Shown: positions 42,441 to 52,216 of the stretch, one piece after another
Layout of the letters: the number at the start of each line of letters is the position of its first letter
Numbering within the stretch: the first letter of the stretch is position 1
DNA from: an uncultured Spirochaetales bacterium
Lineage (GTDB): Bacteria > Desulfobacterota_D > UBA1144
NCBI GenBank assembly: GCA_964440275.1
Contig: CAYTRR010000012.1
Span: 8,146-72,145, forward strand
Direction: 5' to 3'
Length of the DNA stretch: 64,000 bases
Notes under the pieces: model-generated
What the model was told of the DNA's origin: nothing
Database searches by the model: none
What the model saw: only the letters and a program-made list of their open reading frames with translations
Translations under genes and position numbers: made by a program

Positions 42441-44441
42441 CTATTCAATCTCTCCAATTAAAGACAATTCAACTTTCCTTAGCTTTTTTATCTTATCACG
42501 CAAGCGCGCTGCCTCTTCAAATCTCATTTCTTTAGACATATTCTTCATTTCTTTCCTTAATTTAGTAATTTCTTGTCCTATTTTATGAGGAGGAATGTCA
42601 ATATCTTTTTGTAAATTCTCTTCATGATAATCAATATCATAAATCTGAGCGATGTTGGAATTTATTTCTTTGAAAATTGATTTTGGTTTAATGTTATTTT
42701 CTACATTAAAGTTTTGTTGTATATCTCTACGACGGTTAGATTCATCAATAGCAGAACTCATAGATTTTGTTATCTCCTCAGCATACATTATGACCTTCCC
42801 ATTAATATTTCTTGCCGCTCTCCCAAATATTTGAATAAGTGAAGTTGTAGATCTAAGAAAACCTTCCTTGTCTGCATCGAGTATAGCAACAAGAGAAACT
42901 TCTGGTAAATCAAGTCCCTCCCTGAGTAAATTTATTCCAACAAGCACATCAAACTTGTCGCCTCTAAAGTTTTTAATTATTTCAATTCTTTCAAGTGTTT
43001 TGATATCTGAGTGCATATACTCAGTTCTTAACCCTCTATCTTTCATGTATGCCGTTAGTTCTTCCGCCATTTTCTTTGTTAGTGTAGTAACTAAAACTTT
43101 TTCTTTCATTTTTATTCTTTTATGAATTTCATCAACTAAATTTTCTACTTGGTTTTTTGCTGGTCTTATTTCAATCGAAGGATCTACTAAACCGGTTGGT
43201 CTTATTATCTGCTCTATTACGTTTTGTGAAGATCGACTGGTTTCATATTTTGATGGTGTTGCTGAAACATATATTATTTGATTTACTTTTTTTTCAAACT
43301 CCTTAAGGTTTAATGGTCTATTGTCTAATGCTGAAGGAAGTCTAAAACCATGGTCAACAAGTGTTTGCTTTCTACTTTGATCTCCCTCATACATCCCTCT
43401 TATTTGAGGAACAGTTTGATGACTTTCGTCTAATATTAAAAGAAAATCGTCTGGAAAATAATCTAGAAGCGTAAAAGGAGGTTCTCCTTTTTCTCTTTGG
43501 TCTAAATATCTTGAGTAATTTTCAATTCCTGGACAAAAACCCATTATTTCCATCAGTTCGATATCTTTCAATGTCCTCTCTTCAATCCTCTTCATCTCTT
43601 CCAATTTTCCTTTTTTCTTAAAGTACATCTTCTGCTTATCTAGTTCTTTTGAAATTAAATCAATTGCTTTTTCAGTGGTGAGTTTTTCTACTACATAGTG
43701 AGATCCAGGAAAAATAATTGCCGATTCTATTTCTTTTTCCATTTCAGATGTATATGAATCAATTTCGTGAATACTAGATATAAAATCACCATCAAATATT
43801 ATTCTTAGTCCTTTATCTTCTAGGTTTGCAGGGACTATATCAACATTGTTACCTATTGCTCTGAAAGTTCCTCTATTAAGCTCCACTCTTGATCTAGAAT
43901 ATTGAACTTCTGTTAATTTTTTTAATAAGTTATCTCTGGATATTTCCATCCCTACACTAATTTTAGTAATCATATCAAAATAATCTTTTGGCTTTCCTAT
44001 ACCAAAAATACAAGAGACACTCGAGACTATAATTACATCTTCTCTATCAAAAAGAGAACTTGTTGACGCATGGCGCAATTGGTCAATTTGTTCATTAATT
44101 TTAGAATCTTTTGCTATATAAGTATTTGTGGATGGAACATAAGCTTCAGGCTGATAATAGTCGTAATAGCTCACAAAATAATGCACTGCATTGTTTGGGA
44201 AAATCATTTTAAATTCTTCGAAAAGTTGTGCAGCAAGAGTTTTATTGTGAGCCATAATTAGAGTTGGTCTTCCTACTTTTTCTATTACATTGGCTATTGT
44301 AAAAGTTTTACCACTGCCTGTAACTCCTAAAAGTGTTTGTTCTTTTTCCCCCGAAATTATATTCTCAGAAAGCTTTGTAATTGCTGAGGGTTGATCACCC
44401 TGGGGTTTATAATTCACATCAATCTTAAAAAGAGAAGACAT
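42441..44441 (-). CDS. uvrB: Excinuclease ABC subunit B
   Basis: Walker A GVTGSGKT; helicase motifs; C-terminal UVR domain (EMRFEEAARLRDKI). Confidence 0.95.
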   Translation of the reverse strand: MSSLFKIDVNYKPQGDQPSAITKLSENIISGEKEQTLLGVTGSGKTFTIANVIEKVGRPTLIMAHNKTLAAQLFEEFKMIFPNNAVHYFVSYYDYYQPEAYVPSTNTYIAKDSKINEQIDQLRHASTSSLFDREDVIIVSSVSCIFGIGKPKDYFDMITKISVGMEISRDNLLKKLTEVQYSRSRVELNRGTFRAIGNNVDIVPANLEDKGLRIIFDGDFISSIHEIDSYTSEMEKEIESAIIFPGSHYVVEKLTTEKAIDLISKELDKQKMYFKKKGKLEEMKRIEERTLKDIELMEIMGFCPGIENYSRYLDQREKGEPPFTLLDYFPDDFLLILDESHQTVPQIRGMYEGDQSRKQTLVDHGFRLPSALDNRPLNLKEFEKKVNQIIYVSATPSKYETSRSSQNVIEQIIRPTGLVDPSIEIRPAKNQVENLVDEIHKRIKMKEKVLVTTLTKKMAEELTAYMKDRGLRTEYMHSDIKTLERIEIIKNFRGDKFDVLVGINLLREGLDLPEVSLVAILDADKEGFLRSTTSLIQIFGRAARNINGKVIMYAEEITKSMSSAIDESNRRRDIQQNFNVENNIKPKSIFKEINSNIAQIYDIDYHEENLQKDIDIPPHKIGQEITKLRKEMKNMSKEMRFEEAARLRDKIKKLRKVELSLIGEIE

Positions 44442-44488
44442 ACGGATATATTAACGGATAATTGTAAGATTGACTTTTTAACCCCTTT

Positions 44489-46021
44489 TTGGTTTTCTTT
44501 CTTATTATGAAAAGCACCGTTTATTTGGTTGGAGCTGGTCCTGGGGATCCTGGTTTAATAACAGTAAAGGGCATAGAGCTGATATCTGATGCAGATGCGA
44601 TAGTCTACGATTATTTAGCAAATGACTCATTTTTAAAGCTAACAAAGAAAGAATGTAAGGTAATCTATGCGGGAAAAGGTTTGGGCTTTAAAGCTTTATC
44701 TCAAAAACAAATCAATAAAAAACTAATCGATTTATCTAAAAGTGGCCTACAAAAAATCGTAAGATTAAAAGGTGGAGATCCATTTTTGTTTGGAAGAGGT
44801 GGTGAAGAAGCTGAAGAACTTAAAAAAAATAAAATTAATTTTGAAATCATTCCTGGCGTTAGCTCTGCGATAGCTGTACCTGCATACGCAGGAATCCCTG
44901 TAACGCACAGAGATATAACAAGTACTTTTGCAATTGTTACTGGACATGAAGACCCAGAGAAGAATAAAAGCTCGATTGACTGGGGTGCTTTATCTAAAAT
45001 GAAATCAATAGTATTTTTAATGGGTACTAAAAACTTAAAAAAGAATTTAAACAGTTTGGTTGCTAATGGAATGTCTAAAAAAACAAAAATAGCAGCAATT
45101 AACTGGGGGACATATTCGAGTCAGAAAACAGTTCTTGGTACATTTGAAGATATACATAAAAAGATTAGTCTGCATCAAATTAAATCTCCATCAATAATTG
45201 TAATAGGTGAAATTTGCAAATTAAGGAAAAAGTTAAACTGGTTTGAAAAAAAACCACTTTTTGGGAAAAACATAGTTGTAACAAGAGCAAGAAAAAATGC
45301 CAGCATCTTATCACAAGAAATAATTAATTTAGGGGGTAATTCAATAGAAATTCCTACGATTGAAATTAAATCTAAGCCATCAAATTATATTCAAAAAAAC
45401 ATAACAAACATTGATAACTATGACTGGCTTATTTTTACAAGTGTAAATGGTGTAGAAATATTTTTTGATCAATTTATTAAAAAGTATAAAGACATAAGAA
45501 TGCTAGGAAATGTGAGAATAGCTGCAATTGGTTCAGAAACTGCAAGAGCAATTGCAAAATTAAAAATAAATGTTGATCTTGTTCCCAAAACTTTTACAGC
45601 TGAAGGTCTAGTTGATTCATTTAAAATAAAGCAAATTAAAAACTCCAGAATACTTATACCTAGAGCTCAACTTGCAAGAGACACATTGGTTAAACAATTA
45701 AGGTCTATGAGCAATACGGTCAGAGAATTAAAGATTTATGACACTGTTTTACCAACAATAGAGAGCAAAAGAGAAATTCAAAAAAGAGTTTATAAAAATA
45801 ATATTGATTATATAACTTTTACAAGTTCTTCTACTGTCGATAATTTTTTTAAGTATATAAGTCCTTTACAGATTAAAAAACAAAAAAAAATTGCATATGT
45901 ATGTATTGGTCCAATAACAGCAAAGACCTTAAGGAAGTATAAAATTAAACCAAGTTTAATTTGCAATAAATACACTATAGATAATCTAGTAAAAGAAATA
46001 GTGAAGTTTAATAAAAAATGA
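44489..46021 (+). CDS. Bifunctional uroporphyrinogen-III C-methyltransferase / uroporphyrinogen-III synthase (CobA/HemD fusion); likely true start at Met 44507 (MKSTVYLVGAGPG)
   Basis: N-terminal SUMT domain (VYLVGAGPGDPGLITVKG...); C-terminal HemD-like half; 510 aa. Confidence 0.85.
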   Translation: MVFFLIMKSTVYLVGAGPGDPGLITVKGIELISDADAIVYDYLANDSFLKLTKKECKVIYAGKGLGFKALSQKQINKKLIDLSKSGLQKIVRLKGGDPFLFGRGGEEAEELKKNKINFEIIPGVSSAIAVPAYAGIPVTHRDITSTFAIVTGHEDPEKNKSSIDWGALSKMKSIVFLMGTKNLKKNLNSLVANGMSKKTKIAAINWGTYSSQKTVLGTFEDIHKKISLHQIKSPSIIVIGEICKLRKKLNWFEKKPLFGKNIVVTRARKNASILSQEIINLGGNSIEIPTIEIKSKPSNYIQKNITNIDNYDWLIFTSVNGVEIFFDQFIKKYKDIRMLGNVRIAAIGSETARAIAKLKINVDLVPKTFTAEGLVDSFKIKQIKNSRILIPRAQLARDTLVKQLRSMSNTVRELKIYDTVLPTIESKREIQKRVYKNNIDYITFTSSSTVDNFFKYISPLQIKKQKKIAYVCIGPITAKTLRKYKIKPSLICNKYTIDNLVKEIVKFNKK

Positions 46022-46728
46022 ATAGATTCTTTGTAGATAAAAAGATAAATAGAGATCAAGAATTAAAGATAGAAGGTGATAATTTTCATCACTGCATAAC
46101 TGTTCTTAAACATAAAATTGGAGACAATATTGTAATCTTTGATAACACTGAGAATGAATACCATTGTAAAATTATCGGAATCAAAAAGACACATTTTTTA
46201 GTTGAGATTCAATATTTAATACCTAAAAAAGAAGCTGAACCTGAAATTCATGTCTATCAGTGCATACCTAAGGGAAAAGCAATAGAAGATATTATCGAGA
46301 AATCTGTTGAACTTGGTGTTTCAACCTTAGTACCTGTTGTCTCTGAAAGAACGATTAAGAAGTCGAAAGAGGTCAAGAAAAGATGGTTAGATATTATAGA
46401 GAGTGCTACGAAGCAATGTGGGAGAAATGATTTCATGAAGATCTCTGAACCAATACCATTTTTTGAAATATTTGAGAATGACAAATCAGATTTAAACATA
46501 ATCTTTTATGAGAATAGCGAAAACAGAATACATAATTGTAGTTTTAGAACTAAAGAGATAGAAGAAATATCAATAGTTATAGGACCTGAAGGTGGATTTA
46601 GCGAGAAAGAAATTTCTATGGCAAAAACGAATGATTTCATAGATATCTCTCTTGGGAACACGGTACTGAAATCAACTACAGCATTAATACTTGGAGTAGG
46701 CTTAGTTAAGATGGTTACAAAAGTTTGA
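46018..46728 (+). CDS. rsmE: 16S rRNA (uracil1498-N3)-methyltransferase
   Basis: PUA-like N-terminus; SPOUT C-terminus (VIGPEGGFSEKE); start overlaps the previous stop. Confidence 0.8.
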   Translation: MNRFFVDKKINRDQELKIEGDNFHHCITVLKHKIGDNIVIFDNTENEYHCKIIGIKKTHFLVEIQYLIPKKEAEPEIHVYQCIPKGKAIEDIIEKSVELGVSTLVPVVSERTIKKSKEVKKRWLDIIESATKQCGRNDFMKISEPIPFFEIFENDKSDLNIIFYENSENRIHNCSFRTKEIEEISIVIGPEGGFSEKEISMAKTNDFIDISLGNTVLKSTTALILGVGLVKMVTKV

Positions 46729-46736
46729 CGACCTTG

Positions 46737-47075
46737 TTAAGCTTTTAAAAAGAAAAATTTAACCGCCGCCATAGCTAATGCAGTAACGCCACAACAACAA
46801 ATCATTGTGATTAGAAACGAATATCCATTTCTCAGCATATAAGGTAGAAGTAAAAACATAGGTACTGTAGCAAGGCCGAAATACAATATCTCCAGACTTA
46901 AACTTGCAATTCTTGCTGTATCTTTAGTTTCATAATAAATCCAAGAAAAAGTAATTAAAGATACCAATGGCAGAGCTATTATTAAAGCTGCAAGCACTGT
47001 ATTTCTTTTAGAAACCTCAGAGGCTAATACTATTATTGCTGCTGAAATAAGTAATTTAATTATGTATTGGCTCAT
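46737..47075 (-). CDS. Small polytopic membrane protein (112 aa), last gene of the ccm-cytochrome operon
   Basis: Hydrophobic 3-4 TM; start 2 nt after the stop of the cytochrome c gene. Confidence 0.45.
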   Translation of the reverse strand: MSQYIIKLLISAAIIVLASEVSKRNTVLAALIIALPLVSLITFSWIYYETKDTARIASLSLEILYFGLATVPMFLLLPYMLRNGYSFLITMICCCGVTALAMAAVKFFFLKA

Positions 47076-47076
47076 C

Positions 47077-48345
47077 TTAACTCCTTTTATTTAATATTCT
47101 ATACCCTACAGCAATCAAGATAAAGAGGATAAAGATTCCCCCTACTACACTTTTTGTACTAAAAAGAGAATCGTATTTTTTAAATTGAAGTTTTATAAGA
47201 TCACCTTTCTTTATGTTTACTATAGAATATGTTGTATATTCTTCTTCAGATAATTCTTTAATGTTTGTATTTTTTCTTGTGTATTCTAAGCCTTTAATAT
47301 CAAACGATAATTTACTTTCTGGGATAATAATTGTGAGATTTGGAATATCATTTATAAAAACTTTAGAAACTTCTGTGGAAAATAAATTTAATTTTAATGC
47401 ATAAGTTAAAACCACCCTACGGGTGCCTGGTGGCATTGGTAGTGTATCAGTGAGTTTATTATCTGACACTATAAAAGTTTCTGCGCTTCTATGAGGAAAA
47501 CCTAAATTGATAGCATTTGAGAACAATGAGTAGTCATTCACTTGTCTAACCTTATCAGTGAAATTGTTTGATCCTATATATATGTTTCTAGAAGAATTAT
47601 TGATGTTTATTATTTCAGCAACAACAAGAGATTGGGAATTCTCATCATAAGTTACAATATAATGAACAGATTCCATTTTAATATTACTCTTATCTTGAGT
47701 AGTATCAAAAACAGTTAGATCTATTTTCTTTTCATTTTCAGTAGGAAGAAAATAAAATTTATCTGTAGAATATTCAATTCCGTTGTGCATTAAAATAATT
47801 TTATAGGCTGAGGCACCTTTTAAATCACCGAATTCAAACTTGCCATTATTTATTATAATTTTTTTTGAAAATAAAACTTTATCTGCCATTAAAGATTTGA
47901 GCTCAATTTCCTGATTATTCAAAAGTTTATCTGTAGTAAAATTATTAATCTTTCCACTTATCTTAACTTTAGTGTCCTTCCGGATTCTTTTTTTTGTATT
48001 TTTTATATAATCTACTAAAGCTTTTGCTTCTGCAGCTTTTACTTGCATATTAGGCATTGGAGGGTAGCCGATGTTCATAGGCATCTTAGAGTATTTTTGA
48101 TAAATAGATTGTGGATTAATAATCCAAGACAATATATCTTCCTCATTGTATTTGCTGATAGCATTATACAAATCTGGTCCAGCAAACCTCCCTCTTCCAA
48201 TTACATGACAGCTAATGCATCTTTTTTCTATAAATAATTTTTCCCCAGAAAGCTCCTCAGCTCTTGTTTTGTTACCAAGAGAAATAATTAACGTTATAAA
48301 AACAAAACAAAAAATATATTTACTAATTGTTATAATTCTAATCAT
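47077..48345 (-). CDS. Secreted/membrane-anchored monoheme c-type cytochrome fused to a ~280-aa non-heme C-terminal domain with C-terminal TM anchor (422 aa); function unknown
   Basis: Signal peptide; single CISCH (CxxCH) heme motif; Met-rich PMPNM segment; C-terminal TM (VGGIFILFILIAVGY); translationally coupled to upstream ORFs. Confidence 0.6.
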   Translation of the reverse strand: MIRIITISKYIFCFVFITLIISLGNKTRAEELSGEKLFIEKRCISCHVIGRGRFAGPDLYNAISKYNEEDILSWIINPQSIYQKYSKMPMNIGYPPMPNMQVKAAEAKALVDYIKNTKKRIRKDTKVKISGKINNFTTDKLLNNQEIELKSLMADKVLFSKKIIINNGKFEFGDLKGASAYKIILMHNGIEYSTDKFYFLPTENEKKIDLTVFDTTQDKSNIKMESVHYIVTYDENSQSLVVAEIININNSSRNIYIGSNNFTDKVRQVNDYSLFSNAINLGFPHRSAETFIVSDNKLTDTLPMPPGTRRVVLTYALKLNLFSTEVSKVFINDIPNLTIIIPESKLSFDIKGLEYTRKNTNIKELSEEEYTTYSIVNIKKGDLIKLQFKKYDSLFSTKSVVGGIFILFILIAVGYRILNKRS

Positions 48346-48451
48346 CCCAGTTAGTTTTCTTTATATTGGATTCCTTATCAACTAATAAAGGGTAAAAGAT
48401 ATAAGATAGAACGATAACAGTAATTAAAGAAGATATGATTAAGCTATTCAT
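48338..48451 (-). CDS. Candidate 37-aa single-TM micro-protein (MNSLIISSLITVIVLSYIFYPLLVDKESNIKKTNWDD) bridging ccmF and the cytochrome c gene
   Basis: Not in ORF track (too short). Start ATG overlaps the ccmF stop (ATGAATAG) and stop overlaps the cytochrome c start (ATGATTAG). AAGGAG SD lies 6 nt upstream inside ccmF. Confidence 0.3.
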   Translation of the reverse strand: MNSLIISSLITVIVLSYIFYPLLVDKESNIKKTNWDD

Positions 48452-50387
48452 ATTTTTTGCTCCTTCGAATTAATAGAACGGTAACACCTAGAATAGAAAC
48501 AAAACTTCCTATCCATAAAAATGATACCAACGGATTTATATAAACCTTAAAATTGAAGTTTCCTTTGGTGTTTTGATCAATAAGAATTAAATAATAATCT
48601 TTGGCGAAAGTTGAATAGATTGCTACCTCAGTTTCTTTGTTAATCTCCCTATTCCCTTCATATTTATAATTATTTTGTTCAGGATTAAGGATGTATCTGT
48701 TCTTACCATCATATAAAGCAACTATAGCCCCCAATATTGTTTTTGCTTCATTTTCGTTTCTATATATATCAAGGAGTTCTATCTTGTAATTATCAATAAT
48801 AGCAGTTTCGCTTTTTTTTAAACTGATATCATATTTAGCTGCAAAAACTGAGGAGAAATTAATTCCTAAAACAATTAAAACAATTCCTAGGTGTACGACA
48901 AAGGAACAATATCGTCTTAGTTTAAATAAAAGCATGCTTGATGTTTTTCCCTTGTTTTTATATTGGATTTTAAAATCTGTTATAAGCTCTTTCATCATTG
49001 TGGTAATAATTAAAAATGACAAGAAGACGACGAGGCTTGTTTTGTATTCATTAACAAAAACAAAAGTTGTAATGCCTAGAATTAAAGATAGTACTAAGGG
49101 TACCAAAATAAATCTTAGCGAAATAACAATATCACCATTTTTCCACGGAATTATTGGTGCTATAGACATCAAAAGCATTAGAAGTAATACATTGGGGAAA
49201 TTTACAAGATTGTAAAAACTTGGTCCAACTAATATTTTTTCACCTGTTGCAAACTCAGAGAGTATAGGAAAAGTAGTACCTAAAAAAACAGTTAACGTTA
49301 TAACCAAAAAGAATATATTGTTAAAAATAAAAAAGTTTTCTTTAGACACTAAGGAAGTGATCTCTTCTTCTGATTTAATATAATTTTTATTTTTGTAATA
49401 AGAGAAAAAAGAAATTATTACTATTAAAAATATAAATACTATAAAATAATTTGCTATTTCAGACTGGGCAAAAGAGTGTACAGATGAAATCAGACCACTT
49501 CTTGTAATGAATGTACCAAAGATTGATAGGAAGAATGCTAAAAAGATTAAAAAGATATTCCATCTTTTTAAAAGGCTACGTTTCTCTTGAGCCATAGAAG
49601 AATGAATAAATGCAGTTAAAACAAGCCAAGGCATTAATGCGACATTTTCAACTGGATCCCATGCCCAATATCCACCCCAACCTAGTTCTAGGTATGCCCA
49701 TCTCGAACCAAGAAGAAGTCCTGCGGATAAGAATATCCAGCTGAAATAAGTCCAGCGCTTAGAAAGCTCTATCCACTTATTTGAATTATCTTTGGAAAGT
49801 ATTGAACCAACTGCAAATGCAAAAGGTATTGTAAGGGCAATGTAGCCTATATAAAGAGTCACGGGATGTATTGCCATATATATATTTTGGAGAATTGGGT
49901 TTAATCCTCTTCCATTTGATTCAGCACTAAGAGATAGAGCAAAAGGACTTTCAATAAAAACAATAAGTAAAATAAAAAAGGATAATACAAATAGTATAGT
50001 GACTTTGGTGCTTGGAATTAATTTATCTCGAGTTTTTACCATCGAAACAATGAAGAGATAAATTGACATAATCCACGCCCAAAGAAGCAGTGAGCCTTCT
50101 TGGCCAGCCCATAAAGCTGTTACTGAATATAATGTAGACAAATCATTACTTACATTTTTTGAGACATAGGCATTTGAGTAATCCTTAGTGATTAATAGAT
50201 ACAACAAAAGCACCATCGTTAGTGTTAGAAGTGCGAATATCGAATTAATGCATCGCTTTCCAATGTGAATAAATTTATCTTCTTTTTGTAATATGCCAGC
50301 TGAAAGAGAAAAAATACCTACTAAGCCAATTAAAAGAGAGAGAAACAGGGATGCCTCGCCGATATTATTGAGCAATGGTTGACCCAC
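48444..50387 (-). CDS. ccmF: Cytochrome c-type biogenesis protein CcmF (heme lyase component)
   Basis: 647 aa polytopic; WWD motif WGGYWAWDPVEN. Confidence 0.9.
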   Translation of the reverse strand: MGQPLLNNIGEASLFLSLLIGLVGIFSLSAGILQKEDKFIHIGKRCINSIFALLTLTMVLLLYLLITKDYSNAYVSKNVSNDLSTLYSVTALWAGQEGSLLLWAWIMSIYLFIVSMVKTRDKLIPSTKVTILFVLSFFILLIVFIESPFALSLSAESNGRGLNPILQNIYMAIHPVTLYIGYIALTIPFAFAVGSILSKDNSNKWIELSKRWTYFSWIFLSAGLLLGSRWAYLELGWGGYWAWDPVENVALMPWLVLTAFIHSSMAQEKRSLLKRWNIFLIFLAFFLSIFGTFITRSGLISSVHSFAQSEIANYFIVFIFLIVIISFFSYYKNKNYIKSEEEITSLVSKENFFIFNNIFFLVITLTVFLGTTFPILSEFATGEKILVGPSFYNLVNFPNVLLLMLLMSIAPIIPWKNGDIVISLRFILVPLVLSLILGITTFVFVNEYKTSLVVFLSFLIITTMMKELITDFKIQYKNKGKTSSMLLFKLRRYCSFVVHLGIVLIVLGINFSSVFAAKYDISLKKSETAIIDNYKIELLDIYRNENEAKTILGAIVALYDGKNRYILNPEQNNYKYEGNREINKETEVAIYSTFAKDYYLILIDQNTKGNFNFKVYINPLVSFLWIGSFVSILGVTVLLIRRSKKYE

Positions 50388-50778
50388 TATCTACTAATTT
50401 TTCATCTTCATATTTTGTCGGACATTTAGCAAATAGTTTATTTGCGAAAAAAGTATCATCCTTGATAGATCCTTCAACGACTGCCTCAATTTCGTCTTTA
50501 AAAATATCAGGAATTACTCCTTTATATTGCACGTGAATCATTGAATCAGCGTCTTTTATATTAAAAGATATTGATCCATCTTCATTTCTTGTTATAGAGC
50601 CACTTTCCACTATGCCTGACACTCTTAATCTTTTAATTTTGCTGAAAGATTGAGCATCGACAGCTTCAGAGACTGTCAAATAATAGACCAAAGATGATTC
50701 CACAGCCTTGTAAATAAGGAATGAGAAGAAAAAAATTAGAGCTACTGAAATTATCTTAATCTTAGCTTTTGGTGACAT
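50365..50778 (-). CDS. ccmE: Heme chaperone CcmE, variant type with Cys in place of the heme-binding His (..AKCPTKYEDE instead of ..HDENY)
   Basis: N-terminal TM; OB-fold core (RVSGIV.SGS...); C-terminal CPTKY motif read directly. Confidence 0.85.
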   Translation of the reverse strand: MSPKAKIKIISVALIFFFSFLIYKAVESSLVYYLTVSEAVDAQSFSKIKRLRVSGIVESGSITRNEDGSISFNIKDADSMIHVQYKGVIPDIFKDEIEAVVEGSIKDDTFFANKLFAKCPTKYEDEKLVDSGSTIAQ

Positions 50779-50782
50779 CTTT

Positions 50783-50890
50783 TAACGTTTCCTGTTAATT
50801 CTATTGCTAATATAAAAGATGTATGCAAACAAAATTGCCCAGCAAACAACTTGAGAGTAAAACAGATATTCTAAAGAATCTATAACCATG
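50783..50890 (-). CDS. ccmD: Putative CcmD-like small membrane protein (35 aa; MVIDSLEYLFYSQVVCWAILFAYIFYISNRINRKR; coordinates approximate)
   Basis: Short hydrophobic ORF between ccmC and ccmE, in the position and size class of CcmD; not in ORF track. Confidence 0.5.
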
Positions 50891-50912
50891 ACAGTATTTT
50901 AACTTCGAATCC

Positions 50913-51542
50913 TTAATTATCTAGTTTTAATCTAAGATCAAAAAGAGATAAGTATAAAAAGAAAAAGGCAGCTAACGTAACCAATAGTGTATCCATCATC
51001 TCTGATGATATACCGCCACCATCTCCTCCAAAAACAACTGGTGAGATGCCTCTCATTACTCTGACTGATATATAGACTATAGGTAAGTCTATAAAGCTAA
51101 TTATTCCAAAAACTGCAGCATAACGAGGCACTCCTGCACTTGTAGACAGTTTGTGAAATACTAGATAAGACGAGTAGAGAAGTAACAATATAAAAGTTGT
51201 TGTTAATTGAGGATCCCAGGTCCACCATGTCCCCCAAACTGGTTTTGCCCAGAACATGCCAGAGACTATTGTTAAAAGAGTAAAGACTACTCCAATCTCT
51301 GCATTCATATAAGCATATAAAGAATTAATTTTTTTATTATTAATTAAGAACTTGATTGAGAAAAATAAATTCATTATAAAAGCAATTGTAAAAACAAGGA
51401 CGTAGGCCATATGGAAATAGAATATCCTCTGAACTTCCCCCATAACGGTCTCTTTTGGGGCATAAATAAAAATCATATAAAGACTTAACAAAACCAATAC
51501 GGTAGAAACAATTGGGGATATTTTAAATAATAATCGCAACAT
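50913..51542 (-). CDS. ccmC: Heme exporter protein CcmC
   Basis: WWD motif WGTWWTWDPQLT; 209 aa. Confidence 0.85.
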   Translation of the reverse strand: MLRLLFKISPIVSTVLVLLSLYMIFIYAPKETVMGEVQRIFYFHMAYVLVFTIAFIMNLFFSIKFLINNKKINSLYAYMNAEIGVVFTLLTIVSGMFWAKPVWGTWWTWDPQLTTTFILLLLYSSYLVFHKLSTSAGVPRYAAVFGIISFIDLPIVYISVRVMRGISPVVFGGDGGGISSEMMDTLLVTLAAFFFLYLSLFDLRLKLDN

Positions 51543-51545
51543 AAA

Positions 51546-52211
51546 TCACCTTCTAACAGAATAACTAAAGAGAATAGGACATACAGCCAAGAGAAGTATA
51601 TCGAAAGCTATTAGTACTTGTAAAGAAAAAGTATCGACAAAAGGAATAAAGTCTAATAAATTTAGTTGTGCTAGACAGTTATAAGAAAGAACCAAGAAAG
51701 GAATTATCAATGGATAAACCATTATCATCATGAATTGCCCTTCTGATTTAATTCTCTCTAACATTAAGGAAAAAGTTGTAAGGATAGTCGACAAGCCTAA
51801 TGAAAAGAAAATAGAAAAAATAATAAAATTGTTTGTATTTTCAAAGAAAAGACCTCCGGCTAATAGCATAAATACAGCAATAGTAATAAAGCTAATCACA
51901 AAGTTTAAAAGAAAAGTGAATATTATTTTTGATAAACAGAAAACAGACAAATCTAAAGGCATGTTAATAAGAATTAATTCACCTTGAGAGCTTATTTCTT
52001 GTCTTGAAATTCTTTGGTTTGTAATAAAGTTTATAATTAGTATTGTAAGAAAATATAAATAAAGTGGATTTTGAGAATCGTTAAAAATATAAAAGATTAA
52101 CGAAATTGCGGGTGATAGTATTAGATAATAAACAAAATTTAATTTATCTCTAAATTCAGAAAGAAAGTCTTTAGAAAGAAGCATGTAAATAATCGAAAAA
52201 TATTTTTTCAT
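51546..52211 (-). CDS. ccmB: Heme exporter membrane protein CcmB
   Basis: 221 aa, 6-TM; position between ccmA and ccmC. Confidence 0.75.
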   Translation of the reverse strand: MKKYFSIIYMLLSKDFLSEFRDKLNFVYYLILSPAISLIFYIFNDSQNPLYLYFLTILIINFITNQRISRQEISSQGELILINMPLDLSVFCLSKIIFTFLLNFVISFITIAVFMLLAGGLFFENTNNFIIFSIFFSLGLSTILTTFSLMLERIKSEGQFMMIMVYPLIIPFLVLSYNCLAQLNLLDFIPFVDTFSLQVLIAFDILLLAVCPILFSYSVRR

Positions 52212-52216
52212 ATTCT

